Source: Lama guanicoe
Taxonomy: Eukaryota
Assembly: GCA_013239625.1 (NCBI GenBank)
Contig: MU054026.1
Location: forward strand, 496,001-560,000
Reading direction: 5' to 3'
Length of the DNA: 64,000 bases
Shown here: positions 24,208 through 37,770 of the stretch, piece after piece
How positions within the stretch are numbered: the stretch's first letter is position 1
Layout: each line of letters opens with the position of its first letter
Made by a program: the position numbers and the translations under genes
The notes under the pieces: model-generated
The model's input: the letters and a program-made list of their open reading frames with translations, nothing else
What the model was told of the DNA's origin: nothing
The model's database searches: none

Positions 24208-25899
24208 GTGGAAGCTAAGAGCTGGAAGGTGGCAGGTCTGAAATAATTTCTGTTTTTCCTTCTTCACCTTCCCTAGAATACTGGGGTTGTACAAACATAA
24301 TTACACTCTGTAATCCAGTGACTGGAGGAAAGCAATCTTCATTTAGTGAACACCTGCTGTGTGGCAGGCTATTTGGTATAACATTTAAATCTAATTCTCA
24401 TCCCAATCAAATCCGACCTTACAGGTACCTTCTTACTTTCTAGATGAGGAAATTGAAGCTGAGAAAATTTAGATCACATTGGTACACAAACCAGTATCCA
24501 AACACAAAATTATTGTTTTTTCTACCTTATTACTTTGTTTTGACAATTGATTATAGTTTCAACTTTCTGTACTCGTCCCTGACACTCAGCTTTTATAAAC
24601 TGTTAAAACTTAATGGTGAGGCTTCAAGACTGAGACATAGAATTAGAGCATAATAAATTATTAAAAGTTATTTTTTTTCCATTGGAGATTTATTATATAT
24701 AAATAGATGATAGCATTCTGAAATTATCATACAAATCAATAAAAATAGCATTTACTTAATAAATATCTAATTTACAAGGAGAATTTTTATGGAGGGAAAT
24801 TTGTGAAGGTGGTAACTATTAAACAGGAATGGACTTATATTTCCTTCCAAATATGGAAACCTAGCATAGTTGTCCTGCCATTTCAGCTACTTATCTATTC
24901 TGTAAGTGTCCACGGTACTCTTCTCTTAGGAAAATTTTGGTTCTAGGTCTTGCATCAGCTGTACATACTATAGGATGCATTTAAGGTACTTTTTACTCTA
25001 ATAAATGCAATAAAGACACAGACTCACACAGCTATTGTGAAAGAAGGTGCATGCTTAGGCACAAAACTGATCTGAAAGAAAAAATAACCCAATTTCCCTA
25101 TCCTCTTGTGTCCATTTTTTATCATATCTTTGTCTCAGTCCTTATGCACATTGAGGCAGCTTCCTGTAGTCTGGAATGACCATGACTACAATGCATACCT
25201 TTTTCAGAAAAGAAGGATAATCAAAAATACACAAATCATTGAATTATTGGGTATTGAGCTGGAAGCCTTATTTGAGGTCATGGGAGCCCATCTTTAGCAC
25301 TTTGAAGGAATTTTTTTCTGCTATGGGAGGTACTTCATCTTCTAATGATAAATGTGAGACTCCTAATGGTATTTACATTCTGACGATGCTCACCCTACGG
25401 ATATGGAGGAGGCATTAATACAAGTACAGTTAATCTCCCAAATGGAAGTTTCATGGATTGCTTGTGGAGTTTGCTTGTTTGCTTTTTCCTCTAAGAGATG
25501 GATGATTTTATTTCTTTCTTTCATATGTGCTATCTTGCTGACATGATCTTTAAGATGATGGCTACACTCATTTCCACAAGGTATTTGCAAGCCCACTGCA
25601 CTGCTTTTCCAGTGCATTTCACACACACAAAAATTTTTCTTTGATTGTAATTAAGTTCTAAGTTGGTGGCTGGTGTTGTCAGTCTTTAGTGTCTTCTGCT
25701 AACCATTCACCCACAAGCACAAAAACGCGCGTACACACCGGCACGCACAGGAAGTCCTACGTTGGTCCATTTCACAGCTCATGGTTTAAGCTAGGCTGTG
25801 ATCAAGAACAGTGACTTTTACTGCAAGCTCACTGACTGAGAAGATCATCTTCCATCTTAGAAAGAAGTTGGTGCGATCTGCCATCCCAGTCACCATCTT

Positions 25900-26022
25900 A
25901 GGACTGGCATCCTGTCTTGGACTTCTCAGCCTTTGAAACTATAAGAAAGATTTTTTTTGTTTTTGTTTATAAGTCACCTAGTTTATGATATTTTGTGATA
26001 GCAGCCTAATTGGTCTAAAACA
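25900..26022 (+). mobile_element. MaLR (MLT1) LTR 3' fragment (second copy at about 30986-31108)
   Basis: TCTTGGACTTCTCAGCCT...TTTATAAGTCACCTAGTTTATGATATTTTGTGATAGCAGCC. Confidence 0.75.
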
Positions 26023-26675
26023 ATATGATTAATAAGCACTTTTACATGTATCACCTCCTTTGAGTGGTAAAAAAAAATCTGTAAGATGGGACGTGACAAG
26101 AATGATCATATCCATTTTGTAAACGAAGAAATAACCTTTCTGGGCCTTTACGTGGCTTGGCTAGCATCATATAATTTCGAAGTATTTAAACAAAATACTT
26201 TTTGATTTCATTATCTTTTTTAGTGTGGTGAAATAAGATGTATTTTGTTGTTTATAGAATTTGCAATAATGCTGAAGATCTAATTGTCTAGCCAAGTGTA
26301 TTTTTATTGCACAAGCATAAGTAGCATTCAACGGGTTTTAAAAAGACATAAATTATCTCAATTTATAACTCTAACAGAATAGCTGGTTTTATTTCATATT
26401 ATTTTCTTTCATTTTTTATTAGTATGCATCCATATTTTATGGAGCTATGGTAATAGGAATTATACATTTCTGGATCTGAATTTTTTAGTTAACAATATGT
26501 TATGAACATTTTTCTCTGTAGTTTCATAGAGTTCACTGCCATTATTTTAAAAATTGTATATTGGGTTTAATGGTTTATTCAATTATTTAAAAATATATAG
26601 TTTAGACAGTGTGCAATTGCTATTTTTGGGGTGGAGATTATTATGTCTATTTATTTATTTATTAGTAGTTTTTCC

Positions 26676-27137
26676 TTTTTTTAATTTTATTGAGTTGTAG
26701 TCAGTTTGCAATGTTGTGTCAATTTCCAGTGTAGAGCACAATTTTTCAGTCATACATGAACATATGTATATTCATTGTCACATTCTTTTTCGCTGTGAGC
26801 TACCACAAGATCTTGTATACATTTCCCTGTGCTATACAGCATAATCTTGTTTATCTATTCTGCATATGCCTGTCAGTATCTACAAATGTCGAACTCCCAG
26901 TCTGTCCCTTTCCACCCCTTTCCCCCTGGCAACCACAAGTTTGTATTCTGTCTATGAGTCTGTTTCTGTTTTTTTCTGTATTTATGTTCATTTGTCTTTT
27001 TCTTTTCTTTCTTCTTCTTCTTTTTTTTTCTTTTTAGATTCCACATATGAGCGATCTCATATGGTATTTTTCTTTCTCTTTCTGGCTTACTTCACTTAGA
27101 ATGACATTCCCCAGGGACATCCATGTTGCTGCAAATG
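26676..27137 (-). mobile_element. Young LINE-1 3' end (copy 1)
   Basis: Poly(T), L1 3' UTR and the last ORF2 codons (TTAGATTCCACATATGAGCGATC), homologous to 33930-34337. Confidence 0.9.
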
Positions 27138-27161
27138 TTTTTTCTTTTCTTTTTTTTTTTT

Positions 27162-27385
27162 NNNNNNNNNNNNNNNNNNNNNNNNNNNNNNNNNNNNNNN
27201 NNNNNNNNNNNNNNNNNNNNNNNNNNNNNNNNNNNNNNNNNNNNNNNNNNNNNNNNNNNNNNNNNNNNNNNNNNNNNNNNNNNNNNNNNNNNNNNNNNNN
27301 NNNNNNNNNNNNNNNNNNNNNNNNNNNNNNNNNNNNNNNNNNNNNNNNNNNNNNNNNNNNNNNNNNNNNNNNNNNNNNNNNNNNN
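27162..27385. other. Assembly gap (224 N)
   Basis: Run of N. Confidence 1.
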
Positions 27386-30300
27386 GTAGGAGGCTCTTAA
27401 CGCTTACAATAACCATGTCATTCAATTTCATTTCTTCATAACTGTAAATTGTTGAAGTTTAAGTTACTTTTTAAAGGAAGCAGATTATTCCTGAATAAAT
27501 CAGTCAGCAATAGGACCCTAAAGCTGACGGGCCCTACACACTTCCCTGCAGCAATAACCCTTAGATGCACACCTTCCAAATTTCTGCCTATCAGCACTTC
27601 GGACTCTACCTGGTTCCACCTGGCTGTTGGAGCCTGCTTGTCTGCTCACTGAGCAAGACAGAATTGCTCCTATGGTCCCCTCTCCCCTTCAGGTGGGTAG
27701 TAAATCTCCCAACTCCTTCCTGCATGGGCTGGGATGACTCTGAGGTCCACATTCTAGACTATTTTCCAGTTCCCTGGATGAATTAAGCTCCAGATGTCCA
27801 CAGTAGTAACTTGCTTGAGAATATACCCTTTATTGGTCCTTTTCTTACCAATCACTTCTCCACTCTCCTACCAGAGTTTTCTGGGGTCACCTTCCAAGTA
27901 AACTGTTGCACTTGGATCTTCATCTCATGATCCTCTTTGGATGGAATCTACGCTAAGGTAGACCTGTGTACTTTGAGTATACGGAGTGCTTTGTCTGGAG
28001 CCTTCTTTTAGAATCCATATTGTCCTGGGAGGAGCAATCACTTTCTTGTAAGTTTGTTGTGAGTCAGTTTCAAGGAGTAAGGTAATATACTACTGAACGG
28101 GCACTTCTAGAGAAAACGTCAAGAAGGTGGGTTATCTCGAAAAGCCAACTTTTCAGTTTTCAGTTCTGAGAGGGGAAGGCGACCATGGACATCAGCAAAC
28201 TTCACTCCACTCCATTTGGGAAGGGGTTTGGAGAGGGCACCTCTGCTTTCAGTTTCGGCAAGTGTTGCTTGTATTATATTTAATGACACCTCAGGAGAGA
28301 GTGAGACTCTGTGTGGATCTGGAAAGCAGCCCCCAGCTATAACACAGACAGGATAGTTTGTGTTCAACAACAGGGAAAGTGCTACTCAAAGATAATCCTC
28401 AATTATAGTCTATAAATGATGACAAATATACTTCTCTCTTGTTGTGGCAGGATTTAGAGACTTGCTACTGCCTAAGACATGATGTATTTGAAGGGAAAAC
28501 ACATATATATGACCATGTGCCTGTCTTTGTTTAGGTATTGAATTTTCTGTGGGGTTAGCACAGAAACCCCTGTGCTAAGTGTGGGGAAGGAGTCTGTGCA
28601 AGTGTAAAGACATGTATTGTGTGATGTATATTGTGTGGCAAAGGCAAGGCCAAAGGTCTGTCAGCAGTGGAACATGGTGCTAATGAAGCTATGGCCAGGG
28701 GGTCAGTCCTTGGATAAGCGAATTTCATACCAAGAAAGAAAAAGCAGTCCTGAAATCCCAGACAGGAACCATAACCCCAACTTCTCATATCATGCAATGT
28801 AAATCATCTCTCGCTCCGTCCTCACGTGAGGACATGAGTGTTCGAAGGACACTTTATGTTCCAAAACCAATATGGCGGCACTTGCCCACTTCATCCCCAA
28901 CTCTAGTGATAAGCTTGTGCTCTTCTAGAGGGGGCGATTGGTTGCTCGGGCTGTCCTAACAAAATTGCACGGGCTAAGTGGCTTAACAATAGGAATTTAT
29001 TTTTCTCACAGCTCTGGAGGCCAAAAATCCAACATCAAGGTGCTGTCAGAGTTGGTTTTTAGGAGAGCTGGATCCTCACATGGCCTTTTCTTTGTGTGTG
29101 CAAGGAGAGAGACCTCTGGGGTCTCCTCCTCTTCTTATGAGATCATCAGTCCTACTGGATTGGGGCTCCACTCTTATGATCTCACTTAACCTTTATTACC
29201 CACCTGAAGAAGGCCTTGTCTTCAAATACAGTCACAATGGGGGCTGAGGCGTCAACATATGAATTTTGGGTAGACACGGTTTAGTCTAAAACAGTGGAAG
29301 CTAAGAGCTGGAAGGTGGCAGGTCTGAAATAATTTCTGTTTTTCCTTCTTCACCTTCCCTAGAATACTGGGGTTGTACAAACATAATTACACTCTGTAAT
29401 CCAGTGACTGGAGGAAAGCAATCTTCATTTAGTGAACACCTGCTGTGTGGCAGGCTATTTGGTATAACATTTAAATCTAATTCTCATCCCAATCAAATCC
29501 GACCTTACAGGTACCTTCTTACTTTCTAGATGAGGAAATTGAAGCTGAGAAAATTTAGATCACATTGGTACACAAACCAGTATCCAAACACAAAATTATT
29601 GTTTTTTCTACCTTATTACTTTGTTTTGACAATTGATTATAGTTTCAACTTTCTGTACTCGTCCCTGACACTCAGCTTTTATAAACTGTTAAAACTTAAT
29701 GGTGAGGCTTCAAGACTGAGACATAGAATTAGAGCATAATAAATTATTAAAAGTTATTTTTTTTCCATTGGAGATTTATTATATATAAATAGATGATAGC
29801 ATTCTGAAATTATCATACAAATCAATAAAAATAGCATTTACTTAATAAATATCTAATTTACAAGGAGAATTTTTATGGAGGGAAATTTGTGAAGGTGGTA
29901 ACTATTAAACAGGAATGGACTTATATTTCCTTCCAAATATGGAAACCTAGCATAGTTGTCCTGCCATTTCAGCTACTTATCTATTCTGTAAGTGTCCACG
30001 GTACTCTTCTCTTAGGAAAATTTTGGTTCTAGGTCTTGCATCAGCTGTACATACTATAGGATGCATTTAAGGTACTTTTTACTCTAATAAATGCAATAAA
30101 GACACAGACTCACACAGCTATTGTGAAAGAAGGTGCATGCTTAGGCACAAAACTGATCTGAAAGAAAAAATAACCCAATTTCCCTATCCTCTTGTGTCCA
30201 TTTTTTATCATATCTTTGTCTCAGTCCTTATGCACATTGAGGCAGCTTCCTGTAGTCTGGAATGACCATGACTACAATGCATACCTTTTTCAGAAAAGAA

Positions 30301-32251
30301 GGATAATCAAAAATACACAAATCATTGAATTATTGGGTATTGAGCTGGAAGCCTTATTTGAGGTCATGGGAGCCCATCTTTAGCACTTTGAAGGAATTTT
30401 TTTCTGCTATGGGAGGTACTTCATCTTCTAATGATAAATGTGAGACTCCTAATGGTATTTACATTCTGACGATGCTCACCCTACGGATATGGAGGAGGCA
30501 TTAATACAAGTACAGTTAATCTCCCAAATGGAAGTTTCATGGATTGCTTGTGGAGTTTGCTTGTTTGCTTTTTCCTCTAAGAGATGGATGATTTTATTTC
30601 TTTCTTTCATATGTGCTATCTTGCTGACATGATCTTTAAGATGATGGCTACACTCATTTCCACAAGGTATTTGCAAGCCCACTGCACTGCTTTTCCAGTG
30701 CATTTCACACACACAAAAATTTTTCTTTGATTGTAATTAAGTTCTAAGTTGGTGGCTGGTGTTGTCAGTCTTTAGTGTCTTCTGCTAACCATTCACCCAC
30801 AAGCACAAAAACGCGCGTACACACCGGCACGCACAGGAAGTCCTACGTTGGTCCATTTCACAGCTCATGGTTTAAGCTAGGCTGTGATCAAGAACAGTGA
30901 CTTTTACTGCAAGCTCACTGACTGAGAAGATCATCTTCCATCTTAGAAAGAAGTTGGTGCGATCTGCCATCCCAGTCACCATCTTAGGACTGGCATCCTG
31001 TCTTGGACTTCTCAGCCTTTGAAACTATAAGAAAGATTTTTTTTGTTTTTGTTTATAAGTCACCTAGTTTATGATATTTTGTGATAGCAGCCTAATTGGT
31101 CTAAAACAATATGATTAATAAGCACTTTTACATGTATCACCTCCTTTGAGTGGTAAAAAAAAATCTGTAAGATGGGACGTGACAAGAATGATCATATCCA
31201 TTTTGTAAACGAAGAAATAACCTTTCTGGGCCTTTACGTGGCTTGGCTAGCATCATATAATTTCGAAGTATTTAAACAAAATACTTTTTGATTTCATTAT
31301 CTTTTTTAGTGTGGTGAAATAAGATGTATTTTGTTGTTTATAGAATTTGCAATAATGCTGAAGATCTAATTGTCTAGCCAAGTGTATTTTTATTGCACAA
31401 GCATAAGTAGCATTCAACGGGTTTTAAAAAGACATAAATTATCTCAATTTATAACTCTAACAGAATAGCTGGTTTTATTTCATATTATTTTCTTTCATTT
31501 TTTATTAGTATGCATCCATATTTTATGGAGCTATGGTAATAGGAATTATACATTTCTGGATCTGAATTTTTTAGTTAACAATATGTTATGAACATTTTTC
31601 TCTGTAGTTTCATAGAGTTCACTGCCATTATTTTAAAAATTGTATATTGGGTTTAATGGTTTATTCAATTATTTAAAAATATATAGTTTAGACAGTGTGC
31701 AATTGCTATTTTTGGGGTGGAGATTATTATGTCTATTTATTTATTTATTAGTAGTTTTTCCTTTTTTTTTTAAATTTTATTGAGTTGTAGTCAGTTTGCA
31801 ATGTTGTGTCAATTTCCAGTGTAGAGCACAATTTTTCAGTCATACATGAACATATGTATATTCATTGTCACATTCTTTTTCGCTGTGAGCTACCACAAGA
31901 TCTTGTATACATTTCCTTGTGCTATACAGCATAATCTTGTTGATCTATTCTGCATATGCCTGTCAGTATCTACAAATGTCGAACTCCCAGTCTGTCCCTT
32001 TCCACCCCTTTCCCCCTGGCAACCACAAGTTTGTATTCTGTCTATGAGTCTGTTTCTGTTTTTTTCTGTATTTATGTTCATTTGTCTTTTTCTTTTCTTT
32101 CTTCTTCTTCTTTTTTTTTCTTTTTAGATTCCACATATGAGCGATCTCATATGGTATTTTTCTTTCTCTTTCTGGCTTACTTCACTTAGAATGACATTCC
32201 CCAGGGACATCCATGTTGCTGCAAATGTTTTTTCTTTTCTTTTTTTTTTTT
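27386..32251 (+). repeat. Direct repeat, copy 2 (4866 bp); also repeats the LTR16-like, MLT1 and L1 elements of copy 1
   Basis: Starts at the first base after the gap with GTAGGAGGCTC, identical to 22300. Confidence 0.98.
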
Positions 32252-32330
32252 CAATGGAGGTACTGGGGATTGAACCCAGGACCTAATGCATACTAAGCAG
32301 GCATTCTACCACTTGAGCTATATCCTCCCC
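31709..32330 (-). mobile_element. Vic-1-like SINE split by L1 (tail about 31709-31750, head about 32242-32330)
   Basis: Head GGAGGTACTGGGGATTGAACCCAGG...TATCCTCCCC; tail GGGGTGGAGATTATTATGTCTATTTATTT; outer TSD TGCAAT(TG/GA)CTATTTTT. Confidence 0.8.
31762..32227 (-). mobile_element. Young LINE-1 3' end (copy 2), inserted inside a SINE
   Basis: Same sequence as copy 1; separates the two halves of a Vic-1-like SINE. Confidence 0.9.
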
Positions 32331-33888
32331 ACTGCAATGACTATTTTTAAAACTATTATTTCCTCAATATAAATTTCCAGAAACTATTAGGTAAAAAAGC
32401 GGGCATCTTGATATGAGTCAAGTTCTGTATATTCATACTGCATTCCAAAGAAGTTGCCCTAATCTCCCAAGATTACAGTAAGGTAGGCAAGGCCTAACAT
32501 TGGATTCTAAGAATTAAATTATTTATTCTGTGATTGTTAACTTTGATACAAAATGTTATCACGTCATATTTTTATTTTCCTTTTTGCATTTCTGGTAATG
32601 TGAAATATTCTTCATGTCTTTGGCATCTCTTTATAAACTTTTTTCCTCCTAATCTTTGCCAATTCACCAACTTAAAAAAAACATATACATGGTTGTTTGG
32701 GGGGGGCGGTTTGTGCAAAGGGTTCAGATCAATCTCAGCAGTGACCCTGATGTGACAGGGGGCCGCATTCTCTTGGAAGAATGAGATGTTTCAGCCAGGC
32801 ATACCTAGGCTTCCCATGGAGTTTTGTTCTAGGAAAGAGATCTCACCCTCAGGTTCTTTCCCTTTTAATGGGGAGATTATTAGAATGGCATATGCAGCTG
32901 AAGTCTAGCAAACTACCTCGGCCCCTTGGATATCCACTGTTAGCACCTGCTTACCTTGTGGGAAACTGGGTTTGTACACAGACTGATTTTTCTCCTAAGC
33001 ATTATGCAAAACAAACTAACAAAAGCCCTTTTGCCAGGAGCTCTCAATCCAGAAGACTCTGCCATCAGCAGTCACCTCTGCCCACACAGGGGAGGGAGGA
33101 ATGGGAGGCAGGAGCACCAAGGAGGTTGGGAAGGACCAAAGGCGATGTAAGTCAGCCTCCAGGGCTCAGTGGGCAGCCCCAGAACACATGCTAATTGGTT
33201 TTGATTCTAAAGGGATAAGATGTGGTGCTGGAGATGCAAGGCCCATCTCTAGGAAGGCAGGGATGTTGGAATCAGGATGAAAACAAATGCCTTTCCCCCT
33301 GCACCGGGGCCAGGGACTTGCAGGTGCATAACTGGCATCTTCAAAGAGGAAGATTTGTCAGGCTCCAGGCAGCATTCCCTGGTCTGTCAAGTTCAAAACC
33401 TGATTCCCTATTCTCTGCTGAGTTTACTTTTTAATCTTGTGAGAATTCATCACTTTAAAAAAGTCTTCATGGGCATGATAAATATTTTAAACCATCGGGA
33501 AGTCAGGGGTGACTTGAAAGCTCGTTTCTTCCTGGCGTGATTTTGCTTGGGGTTGTTGTGGCCTTGCACCTGCTGTGTTTTCACACCTAAGTACCTTCTG
33601 GGGCTGACCCTTTCCTGAGAATAATTGCATGGCATTCGGCAGTATGCTGAAGGGGACGCGGGGGGATGTTTTTATAAATGGTGAAAACAGTCATTACGTT
33701 TTCTGTACATTATGTGATTCTAAGAACAATAAATATACAAATAAAAGAATATAGTAAATACTAAATATTTCTAAAATTCCAGATAAAATTCTCTTTTATT
33801 TATTTTTATTGAGAAATCTCAACATTCTTCCACAAACACAACTTTTTAATCCAAAGGTGAATGCTTGAAATGACTACACACAATTTCT

Positions 33889-34762
33889 TTTTTTTCCTTT
33901 TTTTATGCTGCAACTGTATCTTTTTTTTAATATTTTTTATTGATTTATAATCATTTTACAATGTTGTGTTAAATTCCAGTGTAGAGCACAATTTTTCAAT
34001 TATACATGAACATATATAAATTCATTGTCACATTCCTTTCTCTGTGAGCTACCATAAGATCTTGTATATATTTCCCTGTGCTGTACAGTATAATCTTGTT
34101 TATCTATTCTACAATTTTGAAATCCCATCTATCCCTTCCCACCCTCTGCCCCCTTGGCAACCACAAATTTGTATTCTAAGTCTATGAGTCTATTTCTTGT
34201 TTGTATTTATGCTTTGTTTTGTTTGTTTGTTTGTTTAGATTCCACATATGAGCGATCTCATAGGGTATTTTTCTTTCTCTTTCTGACTTACTTCACTTAG
34301 AATGACATTCTCCAGGAGCATCCATGTTGCTGCAAATGGTGTTATGTTGTCGGTTTTTATGACTGAGTAGTATTCCATTGTATAAATATACCACTTCTTC
34401 TTTATCCAGTCATCTGTTGATGGACATTTAGGCTGTTTCCATGTTTTGGCTATTGTAAATAGTGCTGCTATGAACATTGGGGTGCAGGTGTCATCCTGAA
34501 GTAGGGTTCCTTCTGGATATATGCCCAGGAGTGGGGTTCCTGGGTCATATGGTAAGTCTATTCCTAGTCTTTTGAGGAATCTCCATACAGTTTTCCACAG
34601 TGGCTGCACCAAACTGCATTCCCACCATCAGTGTAGGAGGGTTCCCCTTTCTCCACAGCCTCTCCAGCATTTGTCATTTGTGGACTTTTGAATGATGGCC
34701 ATTCTGACTGGTGTGAGGTGATACCTCATTGTAGTTTTGATTTGCATTTCTCTGATAATTAA
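33889..34762 (-). mobile_element. Young 5'-truncated LINE-1 (874 bp)
   Basis: Perfect 17-bp TSD GACTACACACAATTTCT (33872-33888, 34763-34779); ORF2 C-terminus and 3' UTR. Confidence 0.95.
34235..34762 (-). pseudogene. LINE-1 ORF2 C-terminal remnant (Cys-rich region to natural stop) with one in-frame stop
   Basis: [21 protein letters not shown]...[17 protein letters not shown]...[11 protein letters not shown]...KQPKCPS...WYIYTMEYY...SLICGI*; ORFs 34628-34828 and 34235-34612 share a frame. Confidence 0.95.
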
Positions 34763-35662
34763 GACTACACACAATTTCTGATACAAAGTTTTCAGAATCT
34801 TCAAATTGTGGATTGTCTTCATCACCAAAACAATTTTACTTCACAAATGGTTTCACAGAAATCCTTAAAGCAGTTTTTGCAGGTTTTATACAATTTGCAA
34901 CAGTCAAAATTACGTTTAAGGATCTAACAGCTTTTCCTTTTTCTTCCACGGACTGATGTTGACATTTTTCGTGACAATGTGAAAAGATTCAAATCCAATT
35001 GAATTTTTTTTCATATTGGGTATTTAGAAATAATGATGGCGTTCTAATTTGCAGAACGTGCATGAGTTGTTCGAGCTGTCACCCTGCAGATAGCTTGAAT
35101 GCTAATAAAAGGGCACATGAGCTGCAAATTGACAGAAGTTTCAACATAGATCAAGACGAGGATTCAGGGCGCTGTCTGTGGTTTGAATGCCGGGTACTTG
35201 CACTGGGCCCCTCAACTCACCCCCAAGTGGCTTGGGTTACAGACCTAAGTACTCCTTGTCTGTGCAGAATATGACATTTCTAGTAGCTCTGTTGACTGTC
35301 TCCTCCATTTCAACAGCAACGCTGTGCTTTCCAACTGGTTTCTAAGGTACGTTTCCAGATAGTGCAGCATCTCCCATGTGCCTTCAGCCCAACAGGGCAC
35401 ACAGCAGCCCAGGACAGCCATCACCATCTTTGCCAGTGGCCTTGGGGCTGGGTGGGACTTGAGACCCTGCAAATCTCCATTCCAGGAGCCTAGAAGAGGC
35501 AGACTGTAGTCACAACTGACCTCTTTGTTTTGGCTCCACTAGGGCTCACCTGCCTGCCCCAGGGCTGAAGGAATCAGCATCTCCTGGTACCTTTGCAGCA
35601 CACTTTTTTTTGGGGGGAGTTGGGTTGGGGGAATCACTGATTTAAAATGACAGATTTCCAGT

Positions 35663-35812
35663 GGGGAGGGTATAGCTCAAATGGCAGAACGCATGCTCAG
35701 CATGTATGAGACCCTGGGTTCAATCCCCAGTACCTCCTCTAAGAATAAATAAATACCAAATAAACCTGATTATTTCCCCCCACCAAAGAATAAATGAATA
35801 AACTTAAAAAAA
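35663..35812 (+). mobile_element. Vic-1-like SINE
   Basis: GGGGAGGGTATAGCTCAAATGG...GGTTCAATCCCCAGTACCTCC; A-rich tail; degenerate TSD AAAATGA.A.ATTTC. Confidence 0.92.
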
Positions 35813-35984
35813 TGAAAAATTTCTTGTTTTGTCTGAATCCTTGGAAACTGAGCTGCCGTTTTTAAAAAGTTTCTAAGCTCCAGTCCTATTCTTTCGCTCT
35901 GCCATCTTACTGTTCTTCCAAACAGCGTACTTGGCAGGATAGGAGGCAGCTGAAGTGAAATTCCTCGGAGGGTGGGTCCTGTTT

Positions 35985-36170
35985 CAGACCGACAGTTTCC
36001 AAATTCTAGCTCAGCCAAGTTACTGTAGCTGTGTGCCCTGCGCTCCTCTCCTCACCTGTATAAAGCAGAGATGATGATAACGTCATTCCCTGAGGTTATC
36101 GAGAGGACTAAATTAGTCAGTGCGTGTTTCTTACAACTGCCTAGCATGGAGTATTAGTTAATGATATTAT
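35985..36170 (+). mobile_element. MIR SINE
   Basis: AATTCTAGCTCAGCC...AGCTGTGTGCCCTG...CCTCACCTGTATAA...GAGGACTAAATTAG. Confidence 0.6.
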
Positions 36171-36389
36171 TATTACTATTGTTGTCCGTAACGATGAGAT
36201 GATATTATTAGCGTTATGAAGAAGTTGGTTTTTTTTTTTCTAAATAGAATTGGATTCAAGGTAAATAAACGATGACTATGAAATCTGAAGGGCTTTTGTT
36301 TTAGCTTTATCCAATTACTACACTGTAGTGATTACCTTTCCCCTCAAATTACTTAAATTAAAAATAAACAAAAACAAAAACAAAACCAG

Positions 36390-37770
36390 TTAGCCCGTTT
36401 CTCCTACTCACACCCCTTGCAATCACCAATCTGTTCTCTGTACCTATGAACTTTTTTTGTAACCTTTTGCTTTTAAGATTTCACATATGACATCATATAG
36501 TATTTATTGTTTTCTGTTTGACCTAATTCCACTTAGCATAAAGCTCTCAAGGTCCATACGTGTTGCTGCAAATGGCAAGATTCCACAATTTTTTTTATGG
36601 CTGAATAATATCACAATTTTTTATCCATTCATCCATCACGGGACAGAAGTTGATTCCAAACCTTGGCTATTGTAAATAACACTGCAGTGAACATGGGGGT
36701 TTCTTGGTTTTCTTCAAAGAAATGCTCAGAAGTAGAATTACTGGATCATATGATAGTTTTATTTTTTAGTTTTTGAGGAGCTTCTGTACTGTTTCCCCCC
36801 CGTCAGTGCACCAATCTGCATTCCCACCGAGAGTGCATGAGGGCTCCCTTTCCTCCAAAACCCACCCAAACTTGTTACTTCTTGTCTTTTTGATAATAGC
36901 CATTCTAACAGGTGCTATCTCATTGTGTTTTGATTTCTGTTTCCCTGATGATTAATGATGGAGAGCATCTTTTCATGTATCTGTTGGCCATCTATTTCTT
37001 TTTTGGAAACATATCTACTCAGATCTTTTGCTCATTTTAAAATTTGATTATTTGTCTTTTTTTGCTGTTGAGGTCTTTATACATTTTAGAAATTAACCCC
37101 TTATCAGATATGATTTGCAGATATTTTATCTCACTCCAGTAGATTACCTTTTCATTTTGTGGATGGTTTCCTTTTTGGAAACTTTTTAGTTTGATGGGGT
37201 CCCATTTGTTTATTTTTGCTTTCGTTGTTTGTGCTTTTGGTGTCAGATTAAAACAAAAAATTACCAAGACCTATGTCAAAGAACTTACCACCTATGTTTT
37301 CTTCTAGGGGTTTTATGGTTCAGGTCTTAGGTTCAAGTCTTTAATTCATTTTGAGTTAATTTTTGTGTACATTGTAAGATAGCAGTCCACTTTCATTCTT
37401 TTGCATGTGAGTATCCTATTTTCCTACCATCACTTACTGAAGAAACTATCCTTTCCCCATTGTATGTTCCTGACTCCTGTGTCATAAATTAATTGATCGT
37501 GTGTGGGTTAATTTCTGAGCACTCTATTTTGTTCCATTGATCTATGTGTCTGTTTTTATGCCAACACTGTACCGTTTTGATTACTATAGCTTTGTAATAT
37601 AGTTTGAAATCAGGGAGCTTGATGCTCTCAGCTTTGTTCTTCTTTCACAAGACTGCTTTGGCTATTTGGGGTGCTTTGTGATTTCATGAAATTTTTATAC
37701 AAATTTTAAGACTGTTCTATTTCTGCAAAAAATATTTTTGGAATTTTGATAGAGATTGCATTGAATCTGT
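36390..37770 (-). mobile_element. Intermediate-age LINE-1 ORF2 / 3' UTR fragment
   Basis: ORF 37037-37267 (TPKAQTTKAKINKWDPIKLKSF...ISDKGLISKMYK) is L1 ORF2. Confidence 0.9.

Larger units (their letters stand above)
22300..27161 (+). repeat. Direct repeat, copy 1 (4862 bp)
   Basis: Near-identical to 27386-32251; the ORF track repeats at offset 5086, then 5090. Confidence 0.98.

Noticed and set aside
27047..27431. ORFs running through X residues
   Set aside because: Artefacts of the N gap.
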